Positions 1 through 9,206 of a stretch of 32,000 nucleotides of DNA are shown here, piece by piece. This DNA is from Candidatus Calditenuis fumarioli. Its GTDB lineage: Archaea; Thermoproteota; Nitrososphaeria_A; Caldarchaeales; Calditenuaceae. The position numbers were made by a program, and so were the translations under genes. Position 1 is the stretch's first letter. The number at the start of each line of letters is the position of its first letter. The notes below the pieces were generated by a model. That model was given only the letters and a program-made list of their open reading frames with translations. It had not been told where the DNA came from and searched no databases. Location of the stretch: assembly GCA_030059665.1 (NCBI GenBank), contig JANVYR010000001.1, positions 737,668 to 769,667 on the forward strand, written 5' to 3'.

Positions 1-1078
1 CGAGGGCGCGGAGCGCGATCGCCTGCTTGCTGAAGATCGCCACAAGCCTCGGCTCCCTTATCGCCCTTCTGACCGAGGAGAAGGCCCTGAGGTAGAACCC
101 GTAGGGGTCTGAGAGGCCCATCCTGATGCCGAAGGGCGGGTCGGTGACCACGTGCACCCTCTCCGGCAGCTCCGCGACCCCCTCCCACCTCTCCAGGTTC
201 AGGGCGTCTGCCAGCTCCACCCGCACAACTCCCTCGAGCCCCGCGGCTGCCACGTTCCTCCTCGCGGCATCGACGGCCCTCGGCGAGACGTCGGTCCCGT
301 ACACCCTCGGCCTCAGCCAGCGCCTCTCGGAGGACCTCAGCCTTGCCAACGCCTCCTCAAGGACCTCCTGCTCGATGAATTTGAGCCGGAAGACCGGCAT
401 CTCCTCCCTCCGCCTGTAGGCGTTTGGCGGAACCCGCATCGCGTAGAGCGCTGCCTCGATTGGGATGGTGGCGCTTCCGCAGAAGGGGTCGAGGAGGCAC
501 CCGTTCTCGTTCCAATCGGAGAACATCACCATCAGGAAGGCCAGCGTGGGAGGGAGCGTGGACCTGACGTCGGCCACCCTGTAGAACCGCTTGTGAAGCG
601 AGGGGCCCGTGAGGTTGATCCCCAGGAGGAACTCGTCGTCCCTGACCAGCGCGTACATCGGCACGTCTGGCGATTTCAGGTCGACCCTCGGCCTCCACCC
701 CGATGACGATAGACATGACTCTATCACGGCCCTCCCCACCCGGGAAGCGACGTCCATGCTGGTGAAGGGATGGGTGCCGTGACGCTCCGCCTCGACGCCG
801 AAGCTCTGGTCCCTGCCCATGAGCTGCTGGAAGTCCACCTCGCGAACCGCGCGCTCGATGTCGTCCAGACCCTCGAACCTCGTCCTTACCAGCTGGAGGA
901 AGACGCGGTTGAGGCTCCTCGTTGAGAAGACGAGCTCCGCGAGGCCCCTCGCGTCGCACTCGGCGAAGACCTTCGCCACGTCAGCCTCGACATCGGTGCC
1001 GAGCAGCTGCGACACCTCAGCGGCTGCAAGGTCCTCAAGCCCCCAGAAGGTGGTCCCGAAGATCCTGAACCTGCTCAC
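1..1078 (-). CDS. THUMP-domain SAM-dependent RNA methyltransferase (Trm14/UPF0020-like); C-terminus cut by the window edge
   Basis: It is absent from the ORF track because it runs off the left edge. My own translation of the minus strand from GTG at 1078 is stop-free to position 1. It reads VSRFRIFGTTFWGLEDLAAAEV...NGCLLDPFCGSATIPIEAAL (SAM motif I)...HVVTDPPFGIRMG (motif IV). The Asp codon at 142..140 is in frame with 1078. Confidence 0.75.
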   Translation of the reverse strand, partial: MSRFRIFGTTFWGLEDLAAAEVSQLLGTDVEADVAKVFAECDARGLAELVFSTRSLNRVFLQLVRTRFEGLDDIERAVREVDFQQLMGRDQSFGVEAERHGTHPFTSMDVASRVGRAVIESCLSSSGWRPRVDLKSPDVPMYALVRDDEFLLGINLTGPSLHKRFYRVADVRSTLPPTLAFLMVMFSDWNENGCLLDPFCGSATIPIEAALYAMRVPPNAYRRREEMPVFRLKFIEQEVLEEALARLRSSERRWLRPRVYGTDVSPRAVDAARRNVAAAGLEGVVRVELADALNLERWEGVAELPERVHVVTDPPFGIRMGLSDPYGFYLRAFSSVRRAIREPRLVAIFSKQAIALRAL

Positions 1079-1133
1079 ACGGCATCACCTCGGGTCGTCA
1101 CATCTCATCGGAGCGGTGTCGAGTGCTTCAGGG

Positions 1134-1487
1134 TCAAGTGGGCATGAAAAGAAGCATGGAGAGCACGGTCACCACCAGACCGGTGATCGCCACGAACTTC
1201 AGGTCCCTACGCCGTGCGAAGTAGATCAGGGACACCACCACCCTCGAGTAGGGAGTGAGCATCAGGGCTGCAACGCCGAGCCTCATCAGAAGGGCCGCTG
1301 TGCTTCCGCTGGAGCCGATCCCTGCGACGAACTCCAGGAAGCTGTTGCTCCGCACGACCCACTGATCCGAGACGGAGACCTGCTCCCCCTCCCGGAGGAC
1401 GTAGAGGGAGATGCCGAGGGCCATGGAGGCCAGCGAGACGAGCGTGCCTGCCAGCATGAGAAACCCAAGAGCCCTCTCGAGTTCCAT
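1134..1487 (-). CDS. small multi-TM membrane protein, DUF1634-like partner of TauE/DUF81 permeases
   Basis: These are the last 117 codons of track ORF 1134..2369 (MELERALGFLMLAGTLVSLASMALGISLYV...). The ATG at 1487 lies 2 nt after the TGA (1490-1492) of the upstream permease. The product has several hydrophobic helices. The rest of the 411-aa ORF is an out-of-frame shadow of the permease gene. Confidence 0.55.
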   Translation of the reverse strand: MELERALGFLMLAGTLVSLASMALGISLYVLREGEQVSVSDQWVVRSNSFLEFVAGIGSSGSTAALLMRLGVAALMLTPYSRVVVSLIYFARRRDLKFVAITGLVVTVLSMLLFMPT

Positions 1488-1489
1488 GC

Positions 1490-2323
1490 TCAGACACCCA
1501 GCACCAGCGCCCGGTAGAGCATGACCGCGGCCGAGACTCCGGCCAGGACGAAGTAGAGCCGCCTGAGGTTGACGTCCCTTATGCGCGTAAGGAGGCTCGA
1601 GCCAGCGATCGAGCCGAGCGTGGTCCCGAGGGCCATGGGTGCTGCCAGGTCCAGTACCATCAGCCCAGAGGCGACGTAGACCCCGGCACCAGCGAGGGCT
1701 GTCATCCCCATGATCAGGTTGCTCGTGGACGTGGAGACCTTGGTGGGCATCCTCAGCACGAGCTCGTGAATCGCCACCTTGAAGGCACCCGCACCGATGC
1801 CGAGCATCCCCGCAACAGCACCAGCCCACACCATCGCGAGCCCTCCGTAGACCGCGTTGGTCAGCCTGTACCTGACCTCCCTTCCCAGCGATGCGTCGAA
1901 GTACGACCCCTCCAGTCCCAGCCACGCCGAGACCCTGTCCTGCCTCACGCCCTCCGGCCCCTGATGGCTCCCCGTCAGGCGCGTGAGCAGAAGCGAGAGG
2001 ATCATGACGGCCGAGAAGGAAAGGGCAACCGCGGTGGAGCTGACGTTGACGGTCAGGAGCGCACCGAGTATCGCGCCCGTGATGGTGAAGCACTCGAGGA
2101 ACATCGCCGCCTTCAGGCTCGTTACGCCCTCCCTGAGGAACGAGGAGGAGGAACCGCTGGACGTCGCGATGACCGAGATCAGGCCAGAGGCCACAGCGTG
2201 CTTGACCGGGACGCCCAGCAACACGAGGAAGGGGATTGTGACGCTCGCGCCGCCGAGGCCGGTCAGAGACCCGAGGAGGCCCCCGAGGGTGGAGACGAGA
2301 ACCACCTCCAGCACGCCGACCAA
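1490..2323 (-). CDS. TauE/SafE (DUF81) family anion/sulfite exporter-like permease
   Basis: The 277-aa track ORF is polytopic and Gly/Ala/Leu-rich, with the typical duplicated 4-TM layout (LGGLLGSLTGLGGASVTIPFLVLLG ... AGMLGIGAGAFKVAI). It has a TTG start. Confidence 0.8.
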   Translation of the reverse strand: MVGVLEVVLVSTLGGLLGSLTGLGGASVTIPFLVLLGVPVKHAVASGLISVIATSSGSSSSFLREGVTSLKAAMFLECFTITGAILGALLTVNVSSTAVALSFSAVMILSLLLTRLTGSHQGPEGVRQDRVSAWLGLEGSYFDASLGREVRYRLTNAVYGGLAMVWAGAVAGMLGIGAGAFKVAIHELVLRMPTKVSTSTSNLIMGMTALAGAGVYVASGLMVLDLAAPMALGTTLGSIAGSSLLTRIRDVNLRRLYFVLAGVSAAVMLYRALVLGV

Positions 2324-2387
2324 GGTCCCACTGGCCTGTGGCGCACGGATCAGGATAAATGGTATTCACAGCCGAGGGGGGGTTCGG

Positions 2388-4295
2388 TCAGAAGTACCCG
2401 AGCAGCCTGCCCAGGAGGAAGATCAGGATCAGGAAGATCCCGATGGCGATCCCTCCGACGTTGACGTTGCTGCTGCCGGTCTGGATGTACCTGAAGGCCT
2501 GTACGAAGTAGACGAAGGCCCTCGCGGAGGCGTAGTTGAGGCCGTCGATCACCCTCTCCTCGACGTACCTCCTCACCGCGGAGGCGAGTTTGATGAAGCC
2601 GTTGACGAAGACCGCCTCGAAGGCCGCGTCGATGTAGTACCTGTTGACGAGGAGGGTGTGGATAGGTCTGAGCGCTCCCGACCTGACGGACGCAGGGTCA
2701 AGCCTTCCGCCGAGGAAGTACAGGTACGAGAAGAGCAGGCCCGTTCCGAGTATCAGGGCAGAGACCGCGTAGGCCATCGGGTCGACCTCGATGTGCTCCT
2801 CGATCCCGAAGAAGTGGAGGAACTGCTCCTCTACCGGCGGGAGCCCTATAACGGCTGCGAGGGCCGCGAGCACCACCAGAGGAGTCGTCATCACCGGAGG
2901 GGACTCGTGGAGACCTCCGTGGCCGTCCGGATGGTGGACTTCGCCTCCACGGAACTCGCCGAGGAAGACTCTGCTCAGCCACCGGAAGCTGTAGACAACC
3001 GTGAGAACCGAGGCGGCCGTCACCAGCGCCAGCGGGACCCAGTGACCTCCCTTCAGGAGCGAGTTGACGATCAGGTCCTTGGTGAAGAAGCCGCTGAAGG
3101 GCGGGATCCCCGAGAGGCTCAGCACGCCCACCAGGGCCGTGTAGAACGTGACCGGCATGTACCTCCTCAGCCCTCCCATCCTGTCGATGTCGTTGGTCCC
3201 CACAGCGTGGATCACCGAGCCCGCCGCGAGGAACAGCAACGCCTTGAAGGCCGAGTGGCTCAGCAGATGGTACGTGCCCGCTGTCCAGCCGTAGATTGAG
3301 CCAGCGCCGATCGCGGTGAACATCAGGGCCAGCTGGCTTATGGTGGAGTAGGCGACGACTCGCTTGATGTCGTTCATGACGAGCCCCATCGTGGCCGCGA
3401 AGAGCGAGGTGAACGCGCCGATCGATATCATCAGCGAGTACCACTGGTCGAGTCCCGAGGTCCCGAGGTGCTCCACGGGGATGAGGGTCCACGAGAACCT
3501 CGCCATCAGGTAGACCCCGGCCTTGACCATCGTGGCCGCGTGGATCAGCGCGCTCACCGGTGTGGGGCCCTCCATCGCGTCCGGGAGCCAGACGTGGAGC
3601 GGGAACTGGGCAGACTTGCCCATGGCTCCTCCGAAGGCGAGGAGCATCGCTAACGTCATCAGCTGGGGTTCGATCCCGTGGAGCTCGACCTCGTGGGCGA
3701 TCTCTGAGACGCTGAGCGTTCCGTACTTCGCGAAGAGGAGCGCTATCGCCGCGAAGAGCATGACGTCGCCTATCCTCGTCGTGACGAAGGCCTTGATCCC
3801 GGCATACCTCGCCTCCTTCCTGTGGTAGTAGAAGCTGATCAGGGCGTAGCTGCAGATTCCCACGATCTCCCACCCGATGTAGAGGCCTGCGAGGTTGTCG
3901 GAGAGAACGAGGAGCGTCATGCCGCCGATGAAGAAGGTCATGAAGAACCAGTACCTGGGAAGGCCCTCCTCGTGGGCCATGTACCCGACCGAGTAGACCA
4001 GGATCAGCAGTCCTATTCCCGTGGCGATGCAGGCCATTAGGACCGAGAGCGGGTCCACCAGAAGCCCGAACTCGAGCACCTCGCCGCCCGGGAGGACGAG
4101 CCAGGGAACCGAGACCAGCAGCGACCTCCCGCCGTAGACGTCGGGGACCATGGAGAAGGAGGCTGCCGCGGCCGCCGCGATCAGCAAGATTGAGTAGAGC
4201 TCGCCGGCCCTCTTGTGGATCCTGAAGAACGCGGGGACCAGCGCCGAGCCGAGGATCGGAAGGAGCCAAGCTATCCAGGGAGCGTAGGGGAGCAT
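2388..4295 (-). CDS. NuoL/ND5/MnhA-type proton-translocating antiporter-like subunit, stand-alone
   Basis: Track ORF 2388..4364. Family motifs are present: GWEIVGICSYALISFYY, KSAQFPLHVWLPDAMEGPTPVSALIHAATMVKAGVYL, GIPPFSGFFTKD. The likely start is the ATG at 4295 (MLPYAPWIAWLLPILG), because the upstream 23 codons are Arg/His-rich. Confidence 0.85.
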   Translation of the reverse strand: MLPYAPWIAWLLPILGSALVPAFFRIHKRAGELYSILLIAAAAAASFSMVPDVYGGRSLLVSVPWLVLPGGEVLEFGLLVDPLSVLMACIATGIGLLILVYSVGYMAHEEGLPRYWFFMTFFIGGMTLLVLSDNLAGLYIGWEIVGICSYALISFYYHRKEARYAGIKAFVTTRIGDVMLFAAIALLFAKYGTLSVSEIAHEVELHGIEPQLMTLAMLLAFGGAMGKSAQFPLHVWLPDAMEGPTPVSALIHAATMVKAGVYLMARFSWTLIPVEHLGTSGLDQWYSLMISIGAFTSLFAATMGLVMNDIKRVVAYSTISQLALMFTAIGAGSIYGWTAGTYHLLSHSAFKALLFLAAGSVIHAVGTNDIDRMGGLRRYMPVTFYTALVGVLSLSGIPPFSGFFTKDLIVNSLLKGGHWVPLALVTAASVLTVVYSFRWLSRVFLGEFRGGEVHHPDGHGGLHESPPVMTTPLVVLAALAAVIGLPPVEEQFLHFFGIEEHIEVDPMAYAVSALILGTGLLFSYLYFLGGRLDPASVRSGALRPIHTLLVNRYYIDAAFEAVFVNGFIKLASAVRRYVEERVIDGLNYASARAFVYFVQAFRYIQTGSSNVNVGGIAIGIFLILIFLLGRLLGYF

Positions 4296-4430
4296 GACCC
4301 GAATGAGTGGTGAGGAGCGATCTCTTAAATGATGCTCGTCTCGATCGACGTGCCAGATTCTCATCTGAGGTGATGCGGAGCAGGTGAGCCAACGTTAAAT
4401 CCGACGCAAATCGGTGCGAGTCGAGGAGTT

Positions 4431-5324
4431 TTGCCGGTCCTCGTCGACGCTTCGACCAGGGTCCTCGTCCAAGGGATCACGGGAAGGGAGGGTAGCTTCC
4501 ACACCGAGGCGATGATCCGGTACGGGACCAAGGTCGTCGCAGGCGTCACACCTGGGAAGGGAGGCACCACTGTCCACGGGGTTCCGGTCTACGACTCGGT
4601 CGAGGAGGCCGTGAGGGCCCATCCGGAGGTCAACGCCTCCATCGTCTTCGTCCCTGCGAAGTTCGCACCTGACGCGGTCTACGAGGCGATCGATGCGGGG
4701 ATAAGGCTGATCGTGGTCATCACGGAGGGGATACCGATCCACGAGGGGATCAGGATGATCAGGTACGCGCGGATGAGGAACGTGACGGTGATAGGCCCCA
4801 ACACGCCGGGCGTCATCACACCGGGCGAGTGCAAGCTCGGCATCATGCCGGGTCACGTCTTCTCCCCTGGCAGGATCGGGTTGGTCTCGAGGAGCGGGAC
4901 GCTGACCTACGAGGTGGCGATGCAGCTGACCTCCGCAGGTTTGGGGCAGAGCACCTGCGTCGGCATCGGCGGCGATCCTGTGGTCGGTATGGACTTCATC
5001 GAGGTGCTGGATCTCTTCAGGAGGGACCCCGGGACGGAGGCGGTGGTGCTGATCGGAGAGATCGGTGGGGACGCGGAGGAGAGGGTGGCGCGTTTCGTCG
5101 TCGAGACCGAATACCCGAAGCCGGTGGTCGCCTACGTCGCCGGGAGGACCGCACCTCCGGGGAAGAGGATGGGCCACGCGGGCGCGATCATCTCGATGGG
5201 CGTCGGCGACGCCGAGAGCAAGATCAGGGCCCTCTCATCCGCAGGGATCAGGGTGGCCGCTACTCCGTTCGAGATACCCTCGCTGGTCAGGGAGGCCCTC
5301 AGCTCGAGGGCGAAAGCAGCCTGA
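4431..5324 (+). CDS. sucD: succinate--CoA ligase (ADP-forming) alpha subunit
   Basis: 297 aa: [35 protein letters not shown] ... SRSGTLTYE ... GIGGDP ... MGHAGAII (phosphohistidine loop). It has a TTG start. No sucC lies upstream. Confidence 0.9.
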   Translation: MPVLVDASTRVLVQGITGREGSFHTEAMIRYGTKVVAGVTPGKGGTTVHGVPVYDSVEEAVRAHPEVNASIVFVPAKFAPDAVYEAIDAGIRLIVVITEGIPIHEGIRMIRYARMRNVTVIGPNTPGVITPGECKLGIMPGHVFSPGRIGLVSRSGTLTYEVAMQLTSAGLGQSTCVGIGGDPVVGMDFIEVLDLFRRDPGTEAVVLIGEIGGDAEERVARFVVETEYPKPVVAYVAGRTAPPGKRMGHAGAIISMGVGDAESKIRALSSAGIRVAATPFEIPSLVREALSSRAKAA

Positions 5325-5500
5325 GCCTCAGCTCGCGGAACCTCTTCCTCAGTCCGATCGGCTCCCAGCATCCCGTCGTCCCACATGCACCTGCCCACCA
5401 GCTCCGTCGATAACGGCAGGCCCTCGGAGGACGGGTCATAGGGCATCCTCGTCGCCCTGACGTAGTCGACGGCCCTATCCTCAACCGAAAATAAGCCCAT
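5132..5500 (-). CDS. hypothetical ORF; possibly only its first ~58 codons are a real gene remnant
   Basis: The 122-aa track ORF starts 10 nt downstream of phnE. The N-terminal part ([43 protein letters not shown]) looks protein-like. The last ~190 nt run antisense through the 3' end of sucD. Confidence 0.2.
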   Translation of the reverse strand: MGLFSVEDRAVDYVRATRMPYDPSSEGLPLSTELVGRCMWDDGMLGADRTEEEVPRAEAQAAFALELRASLTSEGISNGVAATLIPADERALILLSASPTPIEMIAPAWPILFPGGAVLPAT

Positions 5501-5510
5501 CGGTGGCAGA

Positions 5511-6299
5511 TCAGTCGGGGAGGAACCTCTTCCTGACCCTGGAGCTGACGAAATCGACCGCGAGGACGAAGGCGAGCAGCACGATCAGCGCAGTGCTGAG
5601 GGACCTGTAGTCTAGGACCTGGACGTACGCCAGAATGTAGAACCCTATGCCGCCTGCTCCCACCAGCCCCAGGATCGCGGAGGCCCTGACGTTGTACTCG
5701 AACATGAAGAGCGACTGGCTCAGGACGTAGTTGGCGGCCTCCGGCAGCACGACGTACCTCATCTCCGCGAGCTTGCCGACCCTCATCACCCTGATCGCCT
5801 CCAGCACCTCCCGGTCGACGGCGTCGAAGGCCTCGTACAGCAGCTTCGAGAGGTAGCCCGTCGAGTACATCGCTGTTCCAAGGACGCCCGCGAGCGGGCC
5901 GAATCCCACGGTGACCACGAAGATCAGCGCCCAGATGATCGATGGGACCGTTCTGATGACCGAGAGGACGAACCTCAGAGGCACGGTGACCGCATCGCCG
6001 AAGAGGGACCTCGTGCTGAGGAGCGCGAGGGGGACCGAAAGGGCCACGGCGATCGAGGTGCCAGCGAAGGCGATCATCACCGTCTCGATCATGCTCATCA
6101 CGAGTGTGGGCAGCGGCCTCGGGTCCGGCGGCAGCATCCCCGCCACGAACGCGGGCAGGTTTCCGAAGCGCGCAACCACAGCTGGGTCGAAGGCGCCGAA
6201 CCTGATCAGGAGCGAAAGCGTGACCACCGCGATGGCCAGCTGGACCGCCAGACCCACGGGAGGCCTTTGGCCCCTCACAGGGTGTGGCGTGGTGGTCAA
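5511..6299 (-). CDS. phnE: phosphonate/phosphite-type ABC transporter permease
   Basis: 262 aa, a polytopic BPD-type permease with an EAA-like loop (YEAFDAVDREVLEAIRVMRVGKL). It overlaps the upstream ATPase gene by 4 nt. Confidence 0.8.
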   Translation of the reverse strand: MTTTPHPVRGQRPPVGLAVQLAIAVVTLSLLIRFGAFDPAVVARFGNLPAFVAGMLPPDPRPLPTLVMSMIETVMIAFAGTSIAVALSVPLALLSTRSLFGDAVTVPLRFVLSVIRTVPSIIWALIFVVTVGFGPLAGVLGTAMYSTGYLSKLLYEAFDAVDREVLEAIRVMRVGKLAEMRYVVLPEAANYVLSQSLFMFEYNVRASAILGLVGAGGIGFYILAYVQVLDYRSLSTALIVLLAFVLAVDFVSSRVRKRFLPD

Positions 6300-7003
6300 A
6301 GCGCCTCCACGAGCTCCTCCGGTGAGGTCATCGATGCCAACCGTTCCATCACGATCTTCCCGTCTTTGAGAACCGCCACTTTGTCCCCGTACCTCGGCAC
6401 CAGATGGACGTCGTGCGTCGTGATCGCGAAGCCGATGCCCCTCGCTTTCAGGGACCTGATGAGTTCTAGGACCTCGATCGTCGTCAGCGGATCCAGCTGC
6501 GAGACGAACTCGTCCGCAAGGACCAGCTCGGCACCGTGCATCAGGCTCCTCGCTATAGCAACCCTCTGCCGCTGGCCGCCGCTGAGCTCCCTCACCAGCT
6601 CGTTCTCCATCCCTCCGAGCCCCAGCTGCTCAAGGATTTCCTCGGCCCTCTCGACCTCCTCCCTCGGGAACCGGCCGAGCAGCGTTCCCAGCCCGCGGTT
6701 CCTGTCGAGCGCTCCGAGCAGCACGTTCTCCATCACCGTCATGTTCCCCACCACACCTATCCCCTGAGGGATGTAACCGATCTTCGGCCGTGAGAGGGGT
6801 TCGCCCGAGTCGTCCACGGCGATCACCCTTCCCCTGCTGGGCCTCAGCAGCCCTGCTGCCACCTTGAGGAGCGTGGTCTTGCCCGAACCGCTCCTTCCGA
6901 GGACCATCGTCACCTCGCCAGACCGGAAGACGACGTCCACTCCCCGCAGCACCATGACGGGGTTCCGGTACCCGAACCAGACGCCCTCGAGTTTCAGCTG
7001 CAC
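6296..7003 (-). CDS. phnC: phosphonate/phosphite-type ABC transporter ATP-binding protein
   Basis: 235 aa with Walker A GRSGSGKTT, ABC signature LSGGQRQRVAIA and Walker B LVLADE. Confidence 0.85.
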   Translation of the reverse strand: MQLKLEGVWFGYRNPVMVLRGVDVVFRSGEVTMVLGRSGSGKTTLLKVAAGLLRPSRGRVIAVDDSGEPLSRPKIGYIPQGIGVVGNMTVMENVLLGALDRNRGLGTLLGRFPREEVERAEEILEQLGLGGMENELVRELSGGQRQRVAIARSLMHGAELVLADEFVSQLDPLTTIEVLELIRSLKARGIGFAITTHDVHLVPRYGDKVAVLKDGKIVMERLASMTSPEELVEAL

Positions 7004-7008
7004 TTCCT

Positions 7009-7950
7009 TCAGCCCTTGAACTCCAGTCCCGTCAGCTCGATGTACCTGTCAAGCGCCGAGAGGTGCTCCTCCGAGGTCCTCCTCTCCCACCTCACGAAGA
7101 TCGCTGAGACGAGGTTCCTCATCAGCTCCGCGCCGTCAGGGGTGTTGAGGTCAAGGAAGGCCTCGATCAAGGCCTCCCTCAGCTTCGGGTCGAGGTTTTT
7201 CGAGACGACCAGCGCGTGGGACGGCAGCGGCCCCTGCTTCTCGATCACCCGCGTCGAGCTCATCGCCCTCTCGTAGAGCTCCTTCGAGACGTCACCGGCC
7301 ATCACCGTCACCTCCACCCTGCCTGCCATCAGCGCCTCGTAGCACTGGGCGTATCCGCCGGCGAAGTAGACCTCCGAGAAGAAGTCCTTGGGGTCGACCG
7401 CGCCGCCGTCCTTCCTGCTCAGGAGACCGAGCTCGACCATCCTCGCCATCGGCGCCAGGTACCCGGACGAAGAGATGGGGCTCGGGAAGCAGGCGCTCTT
7501 CCCCCTCAGGTCCTCGAGTTTGGTATACGGAGAGTCTGGTCTCACTATCCAGTAGGAGTAGTAGAAGGTGCCCTCGACGTACCTGTCGTCGACGTAGACC
7601 CTCCTGACCTCCGCGAGCACCACCTGCGCTCCGGCCGTTTTGACCGCGATCGCCGCCGGCCACGAGCCCATCAGCGCCGCCTGCGCGGTTCCGAAACGGA
7701 GGGCCTCCACCACCGCAGCGTAGCTCGTCGGCACGTAGACCTCCACCTCCACCCCGAGCCTTGAGGAGAGGTAACCCTTGAGCCGCTCGGCCCTCTCGAG
7801 GATCTGGGCTGGGTTCTGCGTCGGCTGCACTGCCAGCACCAGCTTCTCTTTCCTCGCCGGTTGCGCCGTGAAGGGGAGGACAGCGACCAGCAGGACAGCT
7901 GCGACCACCGCGACTGCCGCAACGAGCAGCCACCGGGTGCGCGGCGACAT
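7009..7950 (-). CDS. phnD: phosphonate/phosphite-type ABC transporter substrate-binding protein
   Basis: 313 aa with an N-terminal signal/anchor helix. The body is PhnD-like (LVLAVQPTQNP...YVPTSYAAVVEALRFGTAQAALMG...SSSGYLAPM). Confidence 0.8.
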   Translation of the reverse strand: MSPRTRWLLVAAVAVVAAVLLVAVLPFTAQPARKEKLVLAVQPTQNPAQILERAERLKGYLSSRLGVEVEVYVPTSYAAVVEALRFGTAQAALMGSWPAAIAVKTAGAQVVLAEVRRVYVDDRYVEGTFYYSYWIVRPDSPYTKLEDLRGKSACFPSPISSSGYLAPMARMVELGLLSRKDGGAVDPKDFFSEVYFAGGYAQCYEALMAGRVEVTVMAGDVSKELYERAMSSTRVIEKQGPLPSHALVVSKNLDPKLREALIEAFLDLNTPDGAELMRNLVSAIFVRWERRTSEEHLSALDRYIELTGLEFKG

Positions 7951-7974
7951 CTCGCTCGTCTGTCATAACGGCGT

Positions 7975-7982
7975 TATTATCA
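7975..7982 (-). promoter_or_regulatory. TATA-like box (GATAATAA on minus strand) for the phnDCE operon
   Basis: It lies 25-32 nt upstream of the phnD ATG at 7950, matching the leaderless spacing seen at other genes in this window. Confidence 0.4.
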
Positions 7983-8131
7983 ACTTGACGTCGTTGAAAC
8001 TTTCCTTTTACCCTGTAAAAATCGGAGTGAGGCTACATGGGGTTCCGGCGCATCGCCGACGCGTGTAGTGACCGGGGACCGGGTGGCAATGGTGATAAGG
8101 TGGGTCGGTCGATTCGGTGCTGATCGCCGGC

Positions 8132-8164
8132 GCCCCGGTAGCTCAGCCTGGTCAGAGCACCGGC
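8132..8164 (+). pseudogene. tRNA 5' fragment: acceptor 5' strand, complete D-arm and 5' strand of the anticodon stem. It could be an att remnant, a split-tRNA half or a decayed copy.
   Basis: The sequence reads GCCCCGG TA GCTC AGCCTGGTCA GAGC A CCGGC, then AGAGTCTCAATG, which cannot form an anticodon loop (no U33). I found no matching GCCGG / T-arm / CCGGGGC 3' half in the next ~1 kb. The first 15 nt and GAGCACCGGC are identical to the tRNA-Thr at 20249. Confidence 0.7.
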
Positions 8165-8382
8165 AGAGTCTCAATGATGCGTATGGACTCGAGGGGATTC
8201 AGGATCGCCTTTTCCGTTTCGTGAGACTTTACTTAGCATAACTGCGTGAACCGTGACTCATGTAGTTCGTTCCTCTCCAGAGGCCTATATTTATGAGGCC
8301 GGTTCCGCCCTCAATTCCAGCTCATTAATGTTGCTTTTTATGACTTGAGGGGCGTTCAAGAACATATTTAAGGTAAACTCCT

Positions 8383-8634
8383 CACCCCCTCTCCCGAGGC
8401 CACGCCTCTATCTCCTCCTCTGTTGGTAACAATTCTGGTGGGATCTTGATGCCTGATGCACTCTCATACTTGCTGAGGTCGGCCAAAAAATGGATAACCA
8501 CCTGCTACGCTGATCGGCTCCTTGTGAACCTTGCGGAAACCCCACTCCTCAAGGGCCCTTACTTCCCTCTCCCTCCCTTCCTCGGCCTTGGGATTCAAGA
8601 ACGTATCAAGGATGAACTGCTTATGATATGCCAT
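8383..8634 (-). pseudogene. frameshifted small ORF of unknown function
   Basis: My translation gives MAYHKQFILDTFLNPKAEEGREREVRALEEWGFRKVHKEPISVAGG. Reading continues in another frame as VIHFLADLSKYESASGIKIPPELLPTEEEIEAWPRERG. The frame switch falls at the A6/T6 run 8485-8490. Confidence 0.25.
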
Positions 8635-9186
8635 ACCCCTTATACCCCTCTACTTCATCAACTGCTCAAGGATGGGTATCGCCTGCATCTCTCCTGTCTG
8701 AACCAAAACCTCCTTCAGGAGCTTGATGTGCTCGGAATCAATCGATCGTGATGTTAGCTGTCGTCAGGACTCGGTTCCTGAAGGAACGGTCGAGGTGTTT
8801 GCCAGGTTGGTGGGGAAGGAAGGCAAAACCTCCTCGTGGTGGAGGACTAGGCTGGGGACGAGTACAGACTGGCGAACCGCCTAGTGTATGGAGACGTTAG
8901 TGTCTTCTCCCTTAACCCAAGTCGTCTTCAAGACGCCTCTCCAGATCAACTTACGGCTACGCATCTACCTAGAGGTTCCAGATAGGTGGGACACGTGGCC
9001 TCGGCGCTGGTGAGGCCGCAAGGAAACTCCATTTACAGATGACTTTGTAGTCTACTCCTACATTATAAAGGAACATGGAAGCTGATAAAAGGTCATCGAC
9101 CTTAAAACCTCATCAGACATTTTGAATTACTTCTTAGATTGTATGCGGGAACTAACCATATGATGAACTAGTCGTTTTGAGACTGA

Positions 9187-9206
9187 TTTTAACTGGTTTT
9201 AACTGG
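9187..9206. repeat. tandem direct repeat, 2 x TTTTAACTGG
   Basis: Read directly from gaTTTTAACTGGTTTTAACTGGgttt, about 40 nt downstream of the xdhC-like stop. Confidence 0.8.

Noticed and set aside
357-959. 200-aa minus-strand ORF, plus the plus-strand ORFs 126..419, 152..706 and 819..1517
   Set aside because: Their Arg/Gly/Pro/Ser-rich composition is typical of shadow frames in GC-rich DNA. A different minus frame, stop-free from 1078 to 1, encodes a clean THUMP methyltransferase with SAM motifs.
1134-2369. 411-aa minus-strand ORF taken as one gene
   Set aside because: Only its last 117 codons look like a protein (the DUF1634-like product). The upstream 294 codons are Arg/Gly/Pro-rich and lie out of frame over the well-supported TauE gene 1490..2323.
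1766-4392. Long ORFs 1766..2464(+), 1983..3299(+), 2698..4392(-), 3523..3828(+) and 3822..4040(+)
   Set aside because: They are alternative-frame or antisense shadows of the TauE and NuoL-like genes. Their composition is extreme in Arg/Pro/Gly/Asp/Glu and they carry no motifs.
4395-5460. ORFs 4395..5177(-), 4829..5413(+), 5065..5460(+) and 5299..5484(-)
   Set aside because: They are shadows of sucD with Arg/Asp/Gly/Pro-rich low-complexity translations.
5911-7966. ORFs 5911..6369(+), 6267..6767(+), 7216..7764(+), 7292..7966(-) and 7671..7922(-)
   Set aside because: They are antisense or alternative frames of the well-supported phnE, phnC and phnD genes.
8446-8751. 101-aa plus-strand ORF in the island debris region
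   Set aside because: It has no motifs and an odd composition. The opposite strand gives more protein-like, though frameshifted, text, so I treat the region as decayed.
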